The notes under the pieces are model-generated. The model did no database searches. It had not been told where the DNA came from and was given only the letters and a program-made list of their open reading frames with translations. Shown piece after piece: positions 44,898 through 53,672 of a stretch of DNA of 64,000 bases; position 1 is the stretch's first letter, and the number at the start of each line of letters is the position of its first letter. The DNA is from a virus. The position numbers and the translations under genes were made by a program. The stretch lies in IMG/VR virus record IMGVR_UViG_3300040801_004114, one strand, 5' to 3'.

Positions 44898-44960
44898 TAT
44901 AAATATTTTTTACAAATATAGCACATAAAAATGATTATACAATAAAAATATCATAAATAT

Positions 44961-45239
44961 TTACCATTTTTGTGTAGCTAATATCTTGCCTTTTTTTGAT
45001 ATTAAATAATTTTCGTTACAATCTTCTCCTGAGCATCCACCACCATAAGATGCATATGCCCATCCATTTTCAAGTAACACACCACTTACTGGATGATGTA
45101 GCTCACTACCATCGGGATATACTGGACTTCCACTATACACATCTTTAATTTTTTGACCTTTTATATACTTGTTAAATGTCTCAGTATATGTCATACCTAA
45201 GTTTTCGTTAAACTTTTCGAAGTTTTTTATTTTTCCCAT
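44961..45239 (-). CDS. Hypothetical protein with capsid-targeting-like N-terminus
   Basis: MGKIKNFEKFNE; GGGCSGEDC. Confidence 0.7.
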   Translation of the reverse strand: MGKIKNFEKFNENLGMTYTETFNKYIKGQKIKDVYSGSPVYPDGSELHHPVSGVLLENGWAYASYGGGCSGEDCNENYLISKKGKILATQKW

Positions 45240-45275
45240 AGTATATATATTAATATGTAAATATAATTTTTTTAT

Positions 45276-45287
45276 TTAATATATAAG
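45276..45287 (+). promoter_or_regulatory. Putative phage late promoter TTAATATATA (divergent partner at 45241-45252)
   Basis: 2 nt upstream of ATG 45290. Confidence 0.6.
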
Positions 45288-45289
45288 TT

Positions 45290-45808
45290 ATGAAATACTT
45301 AAAAAAATATAATAAATTCTTTGAAGATGGCGATGGTGGTGGGAGTACTGGTTCTGGGGATGCTACGGCTAATGCATCCACTTCTGGTATGGGTGCAGTA
45401 GTATCTGCTCAACCAGGTGCGTTACCAGGTGATACTGGTACGTCAGGATCAGGTGATATTGGTTTTACTTTCAAGAAGAAAAAAAGAAAGAAAGGCGATC
45501 CTTCAGAAGTGTCTGACATGAGAGACTTAGAAGATTCTAGTGATGAGATAACTAAATTAGATGAAAACTATTCTGAGCAGGATGTTTTTAATGAAGTGTT
45601 AGACCATTTGAAGTCCAGAAATTTATCACCTAATATGATTAAACAAATAATGGGTAGTTATACAGATATGATTATAGAAATGTATAATGAGGGAATAAAT
45701 ACAACTCAAATAATAAAAAAAGTTATATCTCTATTAGGACATGAGAGTGAAAAAACATTTTTAGGGATACTTCCACCAACTACACCTAAACCTATATCCT
45801 TTCTATGA
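45290..45808 (+). CDS. Gly/Ser-rich protein with capsid-targeting-like N-terminus (internal head protein candidate)
   Basis: MKYLKKYNKFFE, low-complexity GDGGGSTGSG..., KKKKRKK patch. Confidence 0.75.
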   Translation: MKYLKKYNKFFEDGDGGGSTGSGDATANASTSGMGAVVSAQPGALPGDTGTSGSGDIGFTFKKKKRKKGDPSEVSDMRDLEDSSDEITKLDENYSEQDVFNEVLDHLKSRNLSPNMIKQIMGSYTDMIIEMYNEGINTTQIIKKVISLLGHESEKTFLGILPPTTPKPISFL

Positions 45809-46408
45809 TAACACTTTTTTTAGTTTACGAGATCTCTCAATAGAAATATTTGTATATTTTGGCAACGTCATGATATCATATATAGATTTTATATTATTAT
45901 TGTAAAGTGCATCCTTAACATCATATCTATAAGTTTCATTTTTGTTAATACTTCTTAAATACCTACCAAATATAATGTAGTCTATATCATCTTTCACTAT
46001 TTTAGATCTCAAATTTAGATTAACTGCTTTATAAAATACTTTATCTATGTTATAATTTCCCTCTATTATTGAAATTAATAACACCATAAAACTCACAAAT
46101 GACAATAATGCGAGTAATATAATAGATACTACTTCTCCATCAACTATCTTTTCCAAAGTTAAACTACCGTTTTCAGAAAGGGTCTGCTTTTGGTCAAAAT
46201 AATATATTTTTTTCGTTTCAGTTACATAATAATACTGGTCATTGTGTACAAAATCATTTATAACTTTCTGTTGATAATTTACTTTATCGAAGCCTATTGC
46301 GAAGTACATAGTTAATAAAATAATATTAAAGATATATAAAGACATTTTTAGTTTATTAAGAGCCATAAACATCCATATATAGCTAAAAAAATACTTGATT
46401 AAAATCAT
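45803..46408 (-). CDS. Two-TM membrane protein, paralog of 46405..46995
   Basis: IDYIIFGRY, DIMTLPK, ends RSRKLKKVLS. Confidence 0.7.
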   Translation of the reverse strand: MILIKYFFSYIWMFMALNKLKMSLYIFNIILLTMYFAIGFDKVNYQQKVINDFVHNDQYYYVTETKKIYYFDQKQTLSENGSLTLEKIVDGEVVSIILLALLSFVSFMVLLISIIEGNYNIDKVFYKAVNLNLRSKIVKDDIDYIIFGRYLRSINKNETYRYDVKDALYNNNIKSIYDIMTLPKYTNISIERSRKLKKVLS

Positions 46409-46995
46409 ATATCTAATTTTTTTAGTTTATTAATTCTATCCTTTTTCACGGTGTAGTGTTTGGGCAAAGAGGTTATATCAGAGAGTGTTCGTATATTACC
46501 AACAATATCGTATTTATGTAATATTTTATTGGCATCATTAGATCTTCTTATAAACCTATCGAATAATAAGTAATCTATACCATCTTTATCCATTTCGGAA
46601 TGTGTGAGAGTCCAAACAGTATCACGCAGTGGGTCTGTAAAATCTATTTCATTACTTTCACCAAATATGTATATTAATAGCCCAAGTAGTAAAGTTATAA
46701 ATGATGCCCATAATAGAATATTAATCCCTGAGTATGATGAATATTCTATTTGCTTATCAACTATAGGTATTTCTTTTGATTCAGTTTTTAATTGTAATTC
46801 TTCACCATCATCTAATACATAGTAATAATTACCACTTACTTCACCACTATGTATAACCTCCTTTATGTATTTATCATCCTCAAACTCCCCTGCGTAACAA
46901 AATGATAATATACATAAGAAAGAAAATATCACAAATCCTATATTATGGGCTATGAAATTGATGATGTATAGAGGTATTATTTTAAGATACAGCAT
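46405..46995 (-). CDS. Membrane protein, paralog of 45803..46408
   Basis: IDYLLFDRF, DITSLPK, ends RINKLKKLDI; ATG at 46995 lies downstream of TATATTTG 47008-47015. Confidence 0.7.
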   Translation of the reverse strand: MLYLKIIPLYIINFIAHNIGFVIFSFLCILSFCYAGEFEDDKYIKEVIHSGEVSGNYYYVLDDGEELQLKTESKEIPIVDKQIEYSSYSGINILLWASFITLLLGLLIYIFGESNEIDFTDPLRDTVWTLTHSEMDKDGIDYLLFDRFIRRSNDANKILHKYDIVGNIRTLSDITSLPKHYTVKKDRINKLKKLDI

Positions 46996-47007
46996 AATTT
47001 TTTTATG

Positions 47008-47015
47008 CAAATATA
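47008..47015 (-). promoter_or_regulatory. Bacteroidota sigma -7 element TAnnTTTG
   Basis: TATATTTG upstream of 46995. Confidence 0.6.
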
Positions 47016-47030
47016 ATATAAATATCTATA

Positions 47031-47984
47031 TTATTCACTATAATTAAAAACTTTTAATCTATTTAACCACCCTCTTCCGTGTTTTGAGAATGTTTTTGAT
47101 GCTTTATACCTTTTTTCTCTTTCTTTTTTTATGTTATCAAACAGTTGCTTAGAATCAACTTCATTTACGAAATCCATAAATTTATCATCATATGGATTTT
47201 CGTCTTTTCTAATAGGAATCCCAGAAGAATTGAAAGCCTTTCTTAAAACTTTTCTCATCCCATTTATACCTTGGTTAACACATCCATCGTATATTATATT
47301 AGCCACTGACTGGTTATTTATCTTTCCTAAATTTTGATTCTCCCAATATTTTTTTTTGTAAATATCTAAAGCAGTTTCATAACTTAAATTGATCATATCT
47401 TCTTTAGTAGGAAGTTTACTCATGTAATCCATAAGAACAGGTGCTGATATACCATGGTTAGTACCAATAAACCTCTTTCCATAAGGTGTTGATACGAAAT
47501 TACCCCTGTCTTTTCTATCATCTGAATATCCTTTTTCAACACTCTTTACTAAACTTTGAGCATCTAAAAAAGATGCTTTAGTAACTGGTGCTTTAGTAAC
47601 TGTTAAATCTTCTAGGTTTTTAATAGCCTCTAGTGTCTCAGGTGGTATCTCACTGCTTATGACATCATTATCAACTTTGTCATTTGGGAAATAGTAATCA
47701 AATGGTGCGAATAATAGAAACACAGCAGATGCTGACAATAAAATTCTCTTTTTATTTTTATTCTTCATATCTCCTAGTTTACTTAGGAGCTTATAGAAGT
47801 ATTTCTTAATTTGTTTTTTAGACATAGTTTTTAATAGTTTTTTGAGTCTAGATGTTTTTTTCATATCCCAGTGGTATGTATTATCACCTATCCACTCCCC
47901 TTTGTCTTCTAATATAGAATTATCAAAATTAAATATTTGATTAAATTCTTTTTCTAATAAAAAATCATTATATTTGCTAATCAT
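47031..47984 (-). CDS. GH108-like muramidase with peptidoglycan-binding C-terminus and capsid-targeting-like leader
   Basis: EKGYSDD..DRGN...TNHGIS, YKKKYW, D..VNQG, GWLNRL; leader MISKYNDFLLE. Confidence 0.85.
   Translation of the reverse strand: MISKYNDFLLEKEFNQIFNFDNSILEDKGEWIGDNTYHWDMKKTSRLKKLLKTMSKKQIKKYFYKLLSKLGDMKNKNKKRILLSASAVFLLFAPFDYYFPNDKVDNDVISSEIPPETLEAIKNLEDLTVTKAPVTKASFLDAQSLVKSVEKGYSDDRKDRGNFVSTPYGKRFIGTNHGISAPVLMDYMSKLPTKEDMINLSYETALDIYKKKYWENQNLGKINNQSVANIIYDGCVNQGINGMRKVLRKAFNSSGIPIRKDENPYDDKFMDFVNEVDSKQLFDNIKKEREKRYKASKTFSKHGRGWLNRLKVFNYSE
47969..47976 (+). promoter_or_regulatory. Bacteroidota sigma -7 element inside the divergent GH108 coding start
   Basis: TATATTTG upstream of 47999. 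Confidence 0.5.
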
Positions 47985-47987
47985 AAT

Positions 47988-47998
47988 GTATATATTAA
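47988..47998 (-). promoter_or_regulatory. Putative phage late promoter TTAATATATA(C)
   Basis: 3 nt upstream of ATG 47984. Confidence 0.6.
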
Positions 47999-48379
47999 AT
48001 GGAAAAAATATTATTAGAGAATATCGAAGATATATTTAAAACACTTGGTATTAAAGCAAAAAGTAACTCACCTTTAATGGTAATTAAAAGCAACGAATGT
48101 GCTAAGAATGTACCAACCCAATACATATCTCGTAGACCTTTTGGCAGAATTGATTTGTCTATTTTTATTCCAAAGAGAGATTACTATATACATGAGGATA
48201 GAAAGCATTTAGTGAACCTAAAACTCATGGGTTATAATACGAATATTGATATAGATTTTGAACTTACTTTTAAATCATTAAAAGGATTATCAGTGATAGA
48301 CAATGGTATTTTTTTCACCGAATATGAAAAAAATGCTTTGAAAAATAAAATAAGAAAAATTAAACTAAATCAAATTTAA
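47999..48379 (+). CDS. Hypothetical protein (KNKIRKIKL tail)
   Basis: Ends ALKNKIRKIKLNQI. Confidence 0.7.
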   Translation: MEKILLENIEDIFKTLGIKAKSNSPLMVIKSNECAKNVPTQYISRRPFGRIDLSIFIPKRDYYIHEDRKHLVNLKLMGYNTNIDIDFELTFKSLKGLSVIDNGIFFTEYEKNALKNKIRKIKLNQI

Positions 48380-48392
48380 CTATATAAATAAA

Positions 48393-49124
48393 ATGGGAAG
48401 AAGATTATTATTCTTAGGTGATATACACGAAAATTTTAACTTAGTAAAGTATTACGTCAAATCTTATGATATAACCAACGCTGACATCATACAGGTTGGT
48501 GACTTCGGTGTTGGTTTTAAAAAATTTGACAGGGATATGGAAGAATTAAAAAGAGTTAATGATGCCATAGCTGTTAATGATGTAACTCTATATGCAATAA
48601 GGGGGAATCATGATTATAAGCCTTATTTTGATAATGATCCTTTTAATTTGTCTAACATAAAACTATTAAAAGATTACTCGGTTCTAAACCTATCTAACCA
48701 TAAAATATTACTTATTGGTGGAGCTATAAGTGTAGATAGAGTTGAAAGAATTGAGGGTTATAGATCAGGCAAGTATAAATATAGGCATTGGTGGAGTGAT
48801 GAGTCTTTTGAGTTGGATACAGATAAATTAAAAGATGTAAAGGATATTGATATTGTAGTCACACATTCAGCACCTGAGTTTTGCCATCCTACGAATACAG
48901 AGGGTTTTGGTTTTTTTGTGGATAGCAAGGCTAAAAATGATGAATATTTAAAAACTGACCTTTTAACTGAGAGAAAGCTAATAACAGATGCTTTTGATAT
49001 TATTCAGGAGAACAATAATATAACACATCACTATTATGGACACTTCCATACTAGTGCTTCTAGAGAAATTAATGGTGTTAAGCACCGACTTTTAAATATA
49101 GGAGAATTATGGGAAGAGAGATAA
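48393..49124 (+). CDS. Calcineurin-like metallophosphoesterase
   Basis: GDIH, QVGDFG, RGNHD, GGAISVDR, VVTHSAP, YYGHFH. Confidence 0.92.
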   Translation: MGRRLLFLGDIHENFNLVKYYVKSYDITNADIIQVGDFGVGFKKFDRDMEELKRVNDAIAVNDVTLYAIRGNHDYKPYFDNDPFNLSNIKLLKDYSVLNLSNHKILLIGGAISVDRVERIEGYRSGKYKYRHWWSDESFELDTDKLKDVKDIDIVVTHSAPEFCHPTNTEGFGFFVDSKAKNDEYLKTDLLTERKLITDAFDIIQENNNITHHYYGHFHTSASREINGVKHRLLNIGELWEER

Positions 49125-49711
49125 ATAATAAAATAAGAGTTTCATGTGCTAGTTTTGCATCTATAAAGCTTGGTGATAAATACTTATTGTGCCTAAATAA
49201 AAATAAATTAGAAAACGGTATTGAAGTATTCACACCTTTTGGTGGTGCATTAGAATATAAGCAAAGTGCTAAAGATTTTTTAGATAATTTGGGAGTAGAG
49301 TATTTAAGGGAAACCACTGACCTTAGACTAATGATGGATAGAGATAACTTAGACCTTTTTGAAATATGGTTTTCTAAAAGAATAGACCGAGAGGTAAGTG
49401 TTGCTAGAGAATTAGTAGAAGAAATGGTTTATGAAGAAGGTATATTAGAATCTTTGAATCCTAGTGATTATACATCAGAACATATAAAATCAGAAAAGCT
49501 AGAAACCGAAATGGATAACTTGACATTGTTTATGTATTTTGAAATTTTTAATGTTAAATTTAACATACCAAAGGCTAGAGAGATTTTTATGAGTCTAGAT
49601 AATAATGACAAAATAGGACTTTTTACTGAGGAAGAAATATTAAAAGGAGTGTCTGAAAATGGTATCAAAATAGGAACTAACTCTAAATCTATATTACAAT
49701 CAGATGACTAG
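49109..49711 (+). CDS. Stand-alone SMODS-associated-type NUDIX (Sa_NUDIX-like) protein
   Basis: IRVSCASFASIKLGDKYLL, PFGG, DLRL, WF...DRE...RELVEE (NUDIX-box remnant); no TM segment. Confidence 0.7.
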   Translation: MGREINNKIRVSCASFASIKLGDKYLLCLNKNKLENGIEVFTPFGGALEYKQSAKDFLDNLGVEYLRETTDLRLMMDRDNLDLFEIWFSKRIDREVSVARELVEEMVYEEGILESLNPSDYTSEHIKSEKLETEMDNLTLFMYFEIFNVKFNIPKAREIFMSLDNNDKIGLFTEEEILKGVSENGIKIGTNSKSILQSDD

Positions 49712-49898
49712 TAAGCATGTTATATTTTTAAGGTGGAAACTAACTGGTAGGATAGAATGTTTTACAACACTATCAAAAGTATTTGATATTTACGATTCGG
49801 ATATACTAGGAATAAGTATACATTCTTTATATAAAAAAAAGTTACTTGATGGGTGGTCAAACGATTATATAGAAGTGGTTAAGGTTAAGGTTAACTAG
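49704..49898 (+). CDS. Small hypothetical protein
   Basis: 64 aa, overlaps the NUDIX stop codon. Confidence 0.55.
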   Translation: MTSKHVIFLRWKLTGRIECFTTLSKVFDIYDSDILGISIHSLYKKKLLDGWSNDYIEVVKVKVN

Positions 49899-52800
49899 CT
49901 AAGGTTCTAAAAGATACTTCATTACTAAAAGTTGATTTGTTGTATAGAAAATCAACTGTTCTTATTTTTATAGTATAATCCGTATTTGGGACTAATCCTG
50001 TCGAAACCCCATTTGCTATACTAGCTTCTATACTTCCATCACTTCCAAAAGATAGTCTAAAATCTATATTTTCTCCTGTTGTAGATACTTCTCCAAGTGG
50101 AAAATAATTTTGTATTAAGTTATTAGTTCCATCATTTATCCAAACTTCATAGAAGTCATTGACGTTTGTGACAACTTGGGGTTCTGTGAAATTAAGTTGT
50201 ACATTGGTTGATGTTATATTTGAGACGGACAAATTATTGACTTCATTTGGTGCATCTTTGTTAGTGACATATCTTATATCAGTGTTTGGTTCATTGCTTA
50301 ATACTAATTGTAATGACTCGTGTAAGTTTCCACCATTGGCAGTTTCCCACTGTGGATTTATGTAAATTATTTTTTTCATACCACCATTAGCTCTGATACC
50401 CCAGTTATTAAAATAATTATCATACGTAGGATCACCAACTTCTAATTCGGGTATGTATAGGTAATCTAATGTATTTCTCCAATTGTTAAAAAGACCGTTG
50501 TTAATTACATTTATTGTCACCAAATTAGGAAATTCCATAACTCTAGGTGGACTTGTATGCCACCCTAAGCTTTGACTACCAGCCGATGTAACACCTTCTA
50601 GTTTAACAAACATAAGCCTTCCTTGTTGTGATAGATCTCTTCCTGGTAAATTTTCTATTATCCCAAAGTCATCTATTATGTAATCAATAGAGGGCTTATT
50701 TTGCGTATCCTCATATTTGTGAAACATACCAGTATCAGATGGTAGTATAAAAGAACTCCATGAGGGTGATATTAAATTTTCGTTTGCCTCAATTACCACT
50801 TTACATAAATTTGGATATGTTGCGGTTGGCGTTGGTGTTGTAGATATCGATTTTATGTCTTCTTCTCTTAAATTTGGGTTTGCACTTGGATTCCCCGAGG
50901 TTCTGTATGTGTTAGTGAAGACATTAAATGCTTTATTGACACTATCAAAATCCTCTAAAAATACATTATTAACATATAATTCTTTGAAATTATTATCATC
51001 TAATCCACCATCTGTTATAACCCATTGTTTATTCTCAATTAGGTTTCTCCTTGGATTTACACCAGGAAAGTCATATTTGTTATTGAACGCCCCAAAGTAT
51101 ATTTGTTCTGTGTTATTAGTGTAATTAATATCTAATTCAATTAATAAATTTGTATAATCTTCTTTTGGTATAAGTGTTTGATCAAACACTTCACTTAAAC
51201 CGCTTGTGCTACCCTCTTGTAAGTTTAAGTCATTAAAAGTATCACTAGGAACGCTATTTATTGTTCCATTTATAGAGAAGCAATTACTTAAGTTTGATAA
51301 GTTTCCATTGTTGATAAAAATACCCACAGGTATTTCTGATATATTGTTATCAGAAAATGCATATTCCAAACGTATTAAGTTAGTATTATTATCAAATATA
51401 CCAGAGGGTATAATAGAAATGTTATTATTTCCGAATATGTATGATGCATTTATTATTTGTGGTAAATTATCAAATATACCAGAAGGTATTGTAGATATGT
51501 TATTTAATTGAAACACACCACTTACATCCGTTAATAAAATATTGTTATCAAATATTCCTGAAGGAATTTCATTTATATTATTAAATCCAAATGTTCTATT
51601 AACAGATGTTAAGTTAACATTGTTATCGAGTATACCAGGGGGTATTGATGTTATGTTATTGGCAGCGAAAAAAGATCCAATGTCCGTTAATAAAGTATTA
51701 TTATCAAAAAAACCACTTGGTATTGATGTTATGTTATTATCAGCAAAGGCAGCAAATGCAAAATCTAAGTTAGTAAGGTTAGATAATAGTCCACTTGGGA
51801 TAGAAGATATCTCATTAGCATAAAATATATCTGTTATATTCGTTATGAGTGTATTGTTGTCTAAAAAACCCTCTGGTACATCATTTATGTCATTGAATGC
51901 AAATGTGGTTACCATAGATTCAATTAAGGTATTATTTGAGAATAAATTTTCTGGTATAGTAGTTATGCTATTGCTGCTAAATACACCATTAACATTTACT
52001 AATTTCCTACAGTTTTTAAAAAGGTCTGAACCAATAGAATCTATATTATTAGACCCAAAGCATGAAGATACATCTGTCATCTCTGTGCATAGCGAAAATA
52101 AATTTTCTGGTATAGTAGTCAAATCACATCTAAAAAACATCCTACTAAAATCAGTTGCCTCTACAGATTTTAACAATGGTAAGTTTGAAAAACATTTACC
52201 TGATTGTTCACCAATTACTTTAGATTTTATAGATCCAGCTTTTGATATATCTGTTAAATCCCTACAAAATGAAAACATGCTTTCCATACTAGACCATTGT
52301 ACATATCCCCAATTTATAACTTCTAGAACTCTGCCCTTTTTATTATTAGAATCTGTGGCAAATCTTAATCTATTAAAACCATTTACTTCTTTAGGCACTA
52401 CTTCTATCTCAAATATCCCCGATTCTGGTAATGTTATTGTTTCATCTCCCTGTAAGTTATCATAACTTTGGATTAATACATTATCTTTGTATGCGTTTAT
52501 ATCATATTCGCCCTCTGCACCGTTTAATCTGAATTGTGTACCACTTGGATTTTGTGTAGACGTAGTGTCTACCAATAATATGAAGTTAGACTCTCTGTTA
52601 CTAATCGGTTCATTCGAGCCTTTAATGCTTAAAATCCTTCCCTTGGGTAATTGTGTTGAAGAAAAATTGGATATCATTTGATCTTCGCCAATATCTACTG
52701 TTAAATTAGAGTTATAATCTGTTTCTATTATATCTTCACCTCTATTACCTATGCTCGAGGGTATATATGAGGTTAAATCTTCTTCTTCAAGCTGTGCGCC

Positions 52801-53619
52801 AATAAAATAAGAAAACTTAGATGAAGTACTATCATTATTTGGTTTTATGGTGAATGCGCCTTTGTCATTAGTTGAGTTGTTTGTACAAGTTATTGAAATT
52901 CTTATCCATCCATTTTTTAATTTAAAAGACATAAAATCATCTGGGGTGTCTGTGCCTATACTACTAAGGTTGCTAGTAGAAAAATTATAATTAACTTCAA
53001 AATTTAAAGCAGTTCCATTAGAAAGGTCTAACGCCAATGTTATGTTTTCAGAATCGCCTTTTTTCACGAATATAGATGCTGTGTAGCTCGTATCATCAGC
53101 AGGTATAATTATGTCCTGTGATAATGTATTAGTATTACTACCAGTTACTTTTGTAGCTAAATTTGTTTCATATATATCTACCACATCAACAGTCTGTGGA
53201 TCTAGAATAGCTCCATTATTATTCCAGTTAATTGTGTCATAGTTTTCACTTGATAATATTAAATTAGACTTGGATTCTTCAGAAAGTATAACAGGTGTAG
53301 AGGATATACTATAGTCTATTCTAGGTTCGTTGTTGCCAACAACTTCGACTATTCCATTTTTATTTACTTTAGTGGCACTAGTGCTTCTAGAAAAAGTTAG
53401 ATCATTATCAGTGTTATTAGGGAATATCGAATATATTTTAGAGGTTTTATACGCATTAGGCACACACAAAAAATCATAAACGTTACCACTAAGGGCTAAT
53501 TCGTCTAATATGCTAGTATAAGATGATAACTTACCTTCAAATGTTCCAGAATCTTGTATTACTCTTTGATAGAAATCTTTTATAAATTCGCTTTTATAAA
53601 TAACTGGTCCAACTGACAT
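49891..53619 (-). CDS. Large fibre/adhesin-like protein: spike-fibre-like N-domain, BspA/DUF285-like LRR array, C-terminal FN3
   Basis: FSRSTSAT...NNEPRIDY...SNLILSSE...IGAQLEE...SYIP; about 12 x 26-aa IPxGxFDNN repeats; C-terminal APNEVNNLSVSNITST...YEVW...YTIKIR. Confidence 0.8.
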   Translation of the reverse strand: MSVGPVIYKSEFIKDFYQRVIQDSGTFEGKLSSYTSILDELALSGNVYDFLCVPNAYKTSKIYSIFPNNTDNDLTFSRSTSATKVNKNGIVEVVGNNEPRIDYSISSTPVILSEESKSNLILSSENYDTINWNNNGAILDPQTVDVVDIYETNLATKVTGSNTNTLSQDIIIPADDTSYTASIFVKKGDSENITLALDLSNGTALNFEVNYNFSTSNLSSIGTDTPDDFMSFKLKNGWIRISITCTNNSTNDKGAFTIKPNNDSTSSKFSYFIGAQLEEEDLTSYIPSSIGNRGEDIIETDYNSNLTVDIGEDQMISNFSSTQLPKGRILSIKGSNEPISNRESNFILLVDTTSTQNPSGTQFRLNGAEGEYDINAYKDNVLIQSYDNLQGDETITLPESGIFEIEVVPKEVNGFNRLRFATDSNNKKGRVLEVINWGYVQWSSMESMFSFCRDLTDISKAGSIKSKVIGEQSGKCFSNLPLLKSVEATDFSRMFFRCDLTTIPENLFSLCTEMTDVSSCFGSNNIDSIGSDLFKNCRKLVNVNGVFSSNSITTIPENLFSNNTLIESMVTTFAFNDINDVPEGFLDNNTLITNITDIFYANEISSIPSGLLSNLTNLDFAFAAFADNNITSIPSGFFDNNTLLTDIGSFFAANNITSIPPGILDNNVNLTSVNRTFGFNNINEIPSGIFDNNILLTDVSGVFQLNNISTIPSGIFDNLPQIINASYIFGNNNISIIPSGIFDNNTNLIRLEYAFSDNNISEIPVGIFINNGNLSNLSNCFSINGTINSVPSDTFNDLNLQEGSTSGLSEVFDQTLIPKEDYTNLLIELDINYTNNTEQIYFGAFNNKYDFPGVNPRRNLIENKQWVITDGGLDDNNFKELYVNNVFLEDFDSVNKAFNVFTNTYRTSGNPSANPNLREEDIKSISTTPTPTATYPNLCKVVIEANENLISPSWSSFILPSDTGMFHKYEDTQNKPSIDYIIDDFGIIENLPGRDLSQQGRLMFVKLEGVTSAGSQSLGWHTSPPRVMEFPNLVTINVINNGLFNNWRNTLDYLYIPELEVGDPTYDNYFNNWGIRANGGMKKIIYINPQWETANGGNLHESLQLVLSNEPNTDIRYVTNKDAPNEVNNLSVSNITSTNVQLNFTEPQVVTNVNDFYEVWINDGTNNLIQNYFPLGEVSTTGENIDFRLSFGSDGSIEASIANGVSTGLVPNTDYTIKIRTVDFLYNKSTFSNEVSFRTLAS
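51230..52130 (-). repeat. Imperfect coding tandem repeat, 78-bp (26-aa) period, about 12 units
   Basis: ccactt at 51713 and 51791; atcaaatata at 51391 and 51469 (both 78 apart). Confidence 0.85.
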
Positions 53620-53672
53620 ACATCTATAATATATTTTATGTATATATTCAATCGATAACTTTACGTAAACAA

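Noticed and set aside
45803-47984. Holin-endolysin lysis cassette (two membrane genes beside GH108)
   Set aside because: The membrane genes have their own host-type promoter element and large soluble domains, and the muramidase is a separate late unit. There is no positive holin evidence.
51230-52130. Regularly spaced DNA repeats resembling a CRISPR array
   Set aside because: The period is 78 bp (a multiple of 3), the repeats are degenerate at third positions, and they lie inside a coding LRR. There is no constant-repeat/unique-spacer structure and no cas genes.
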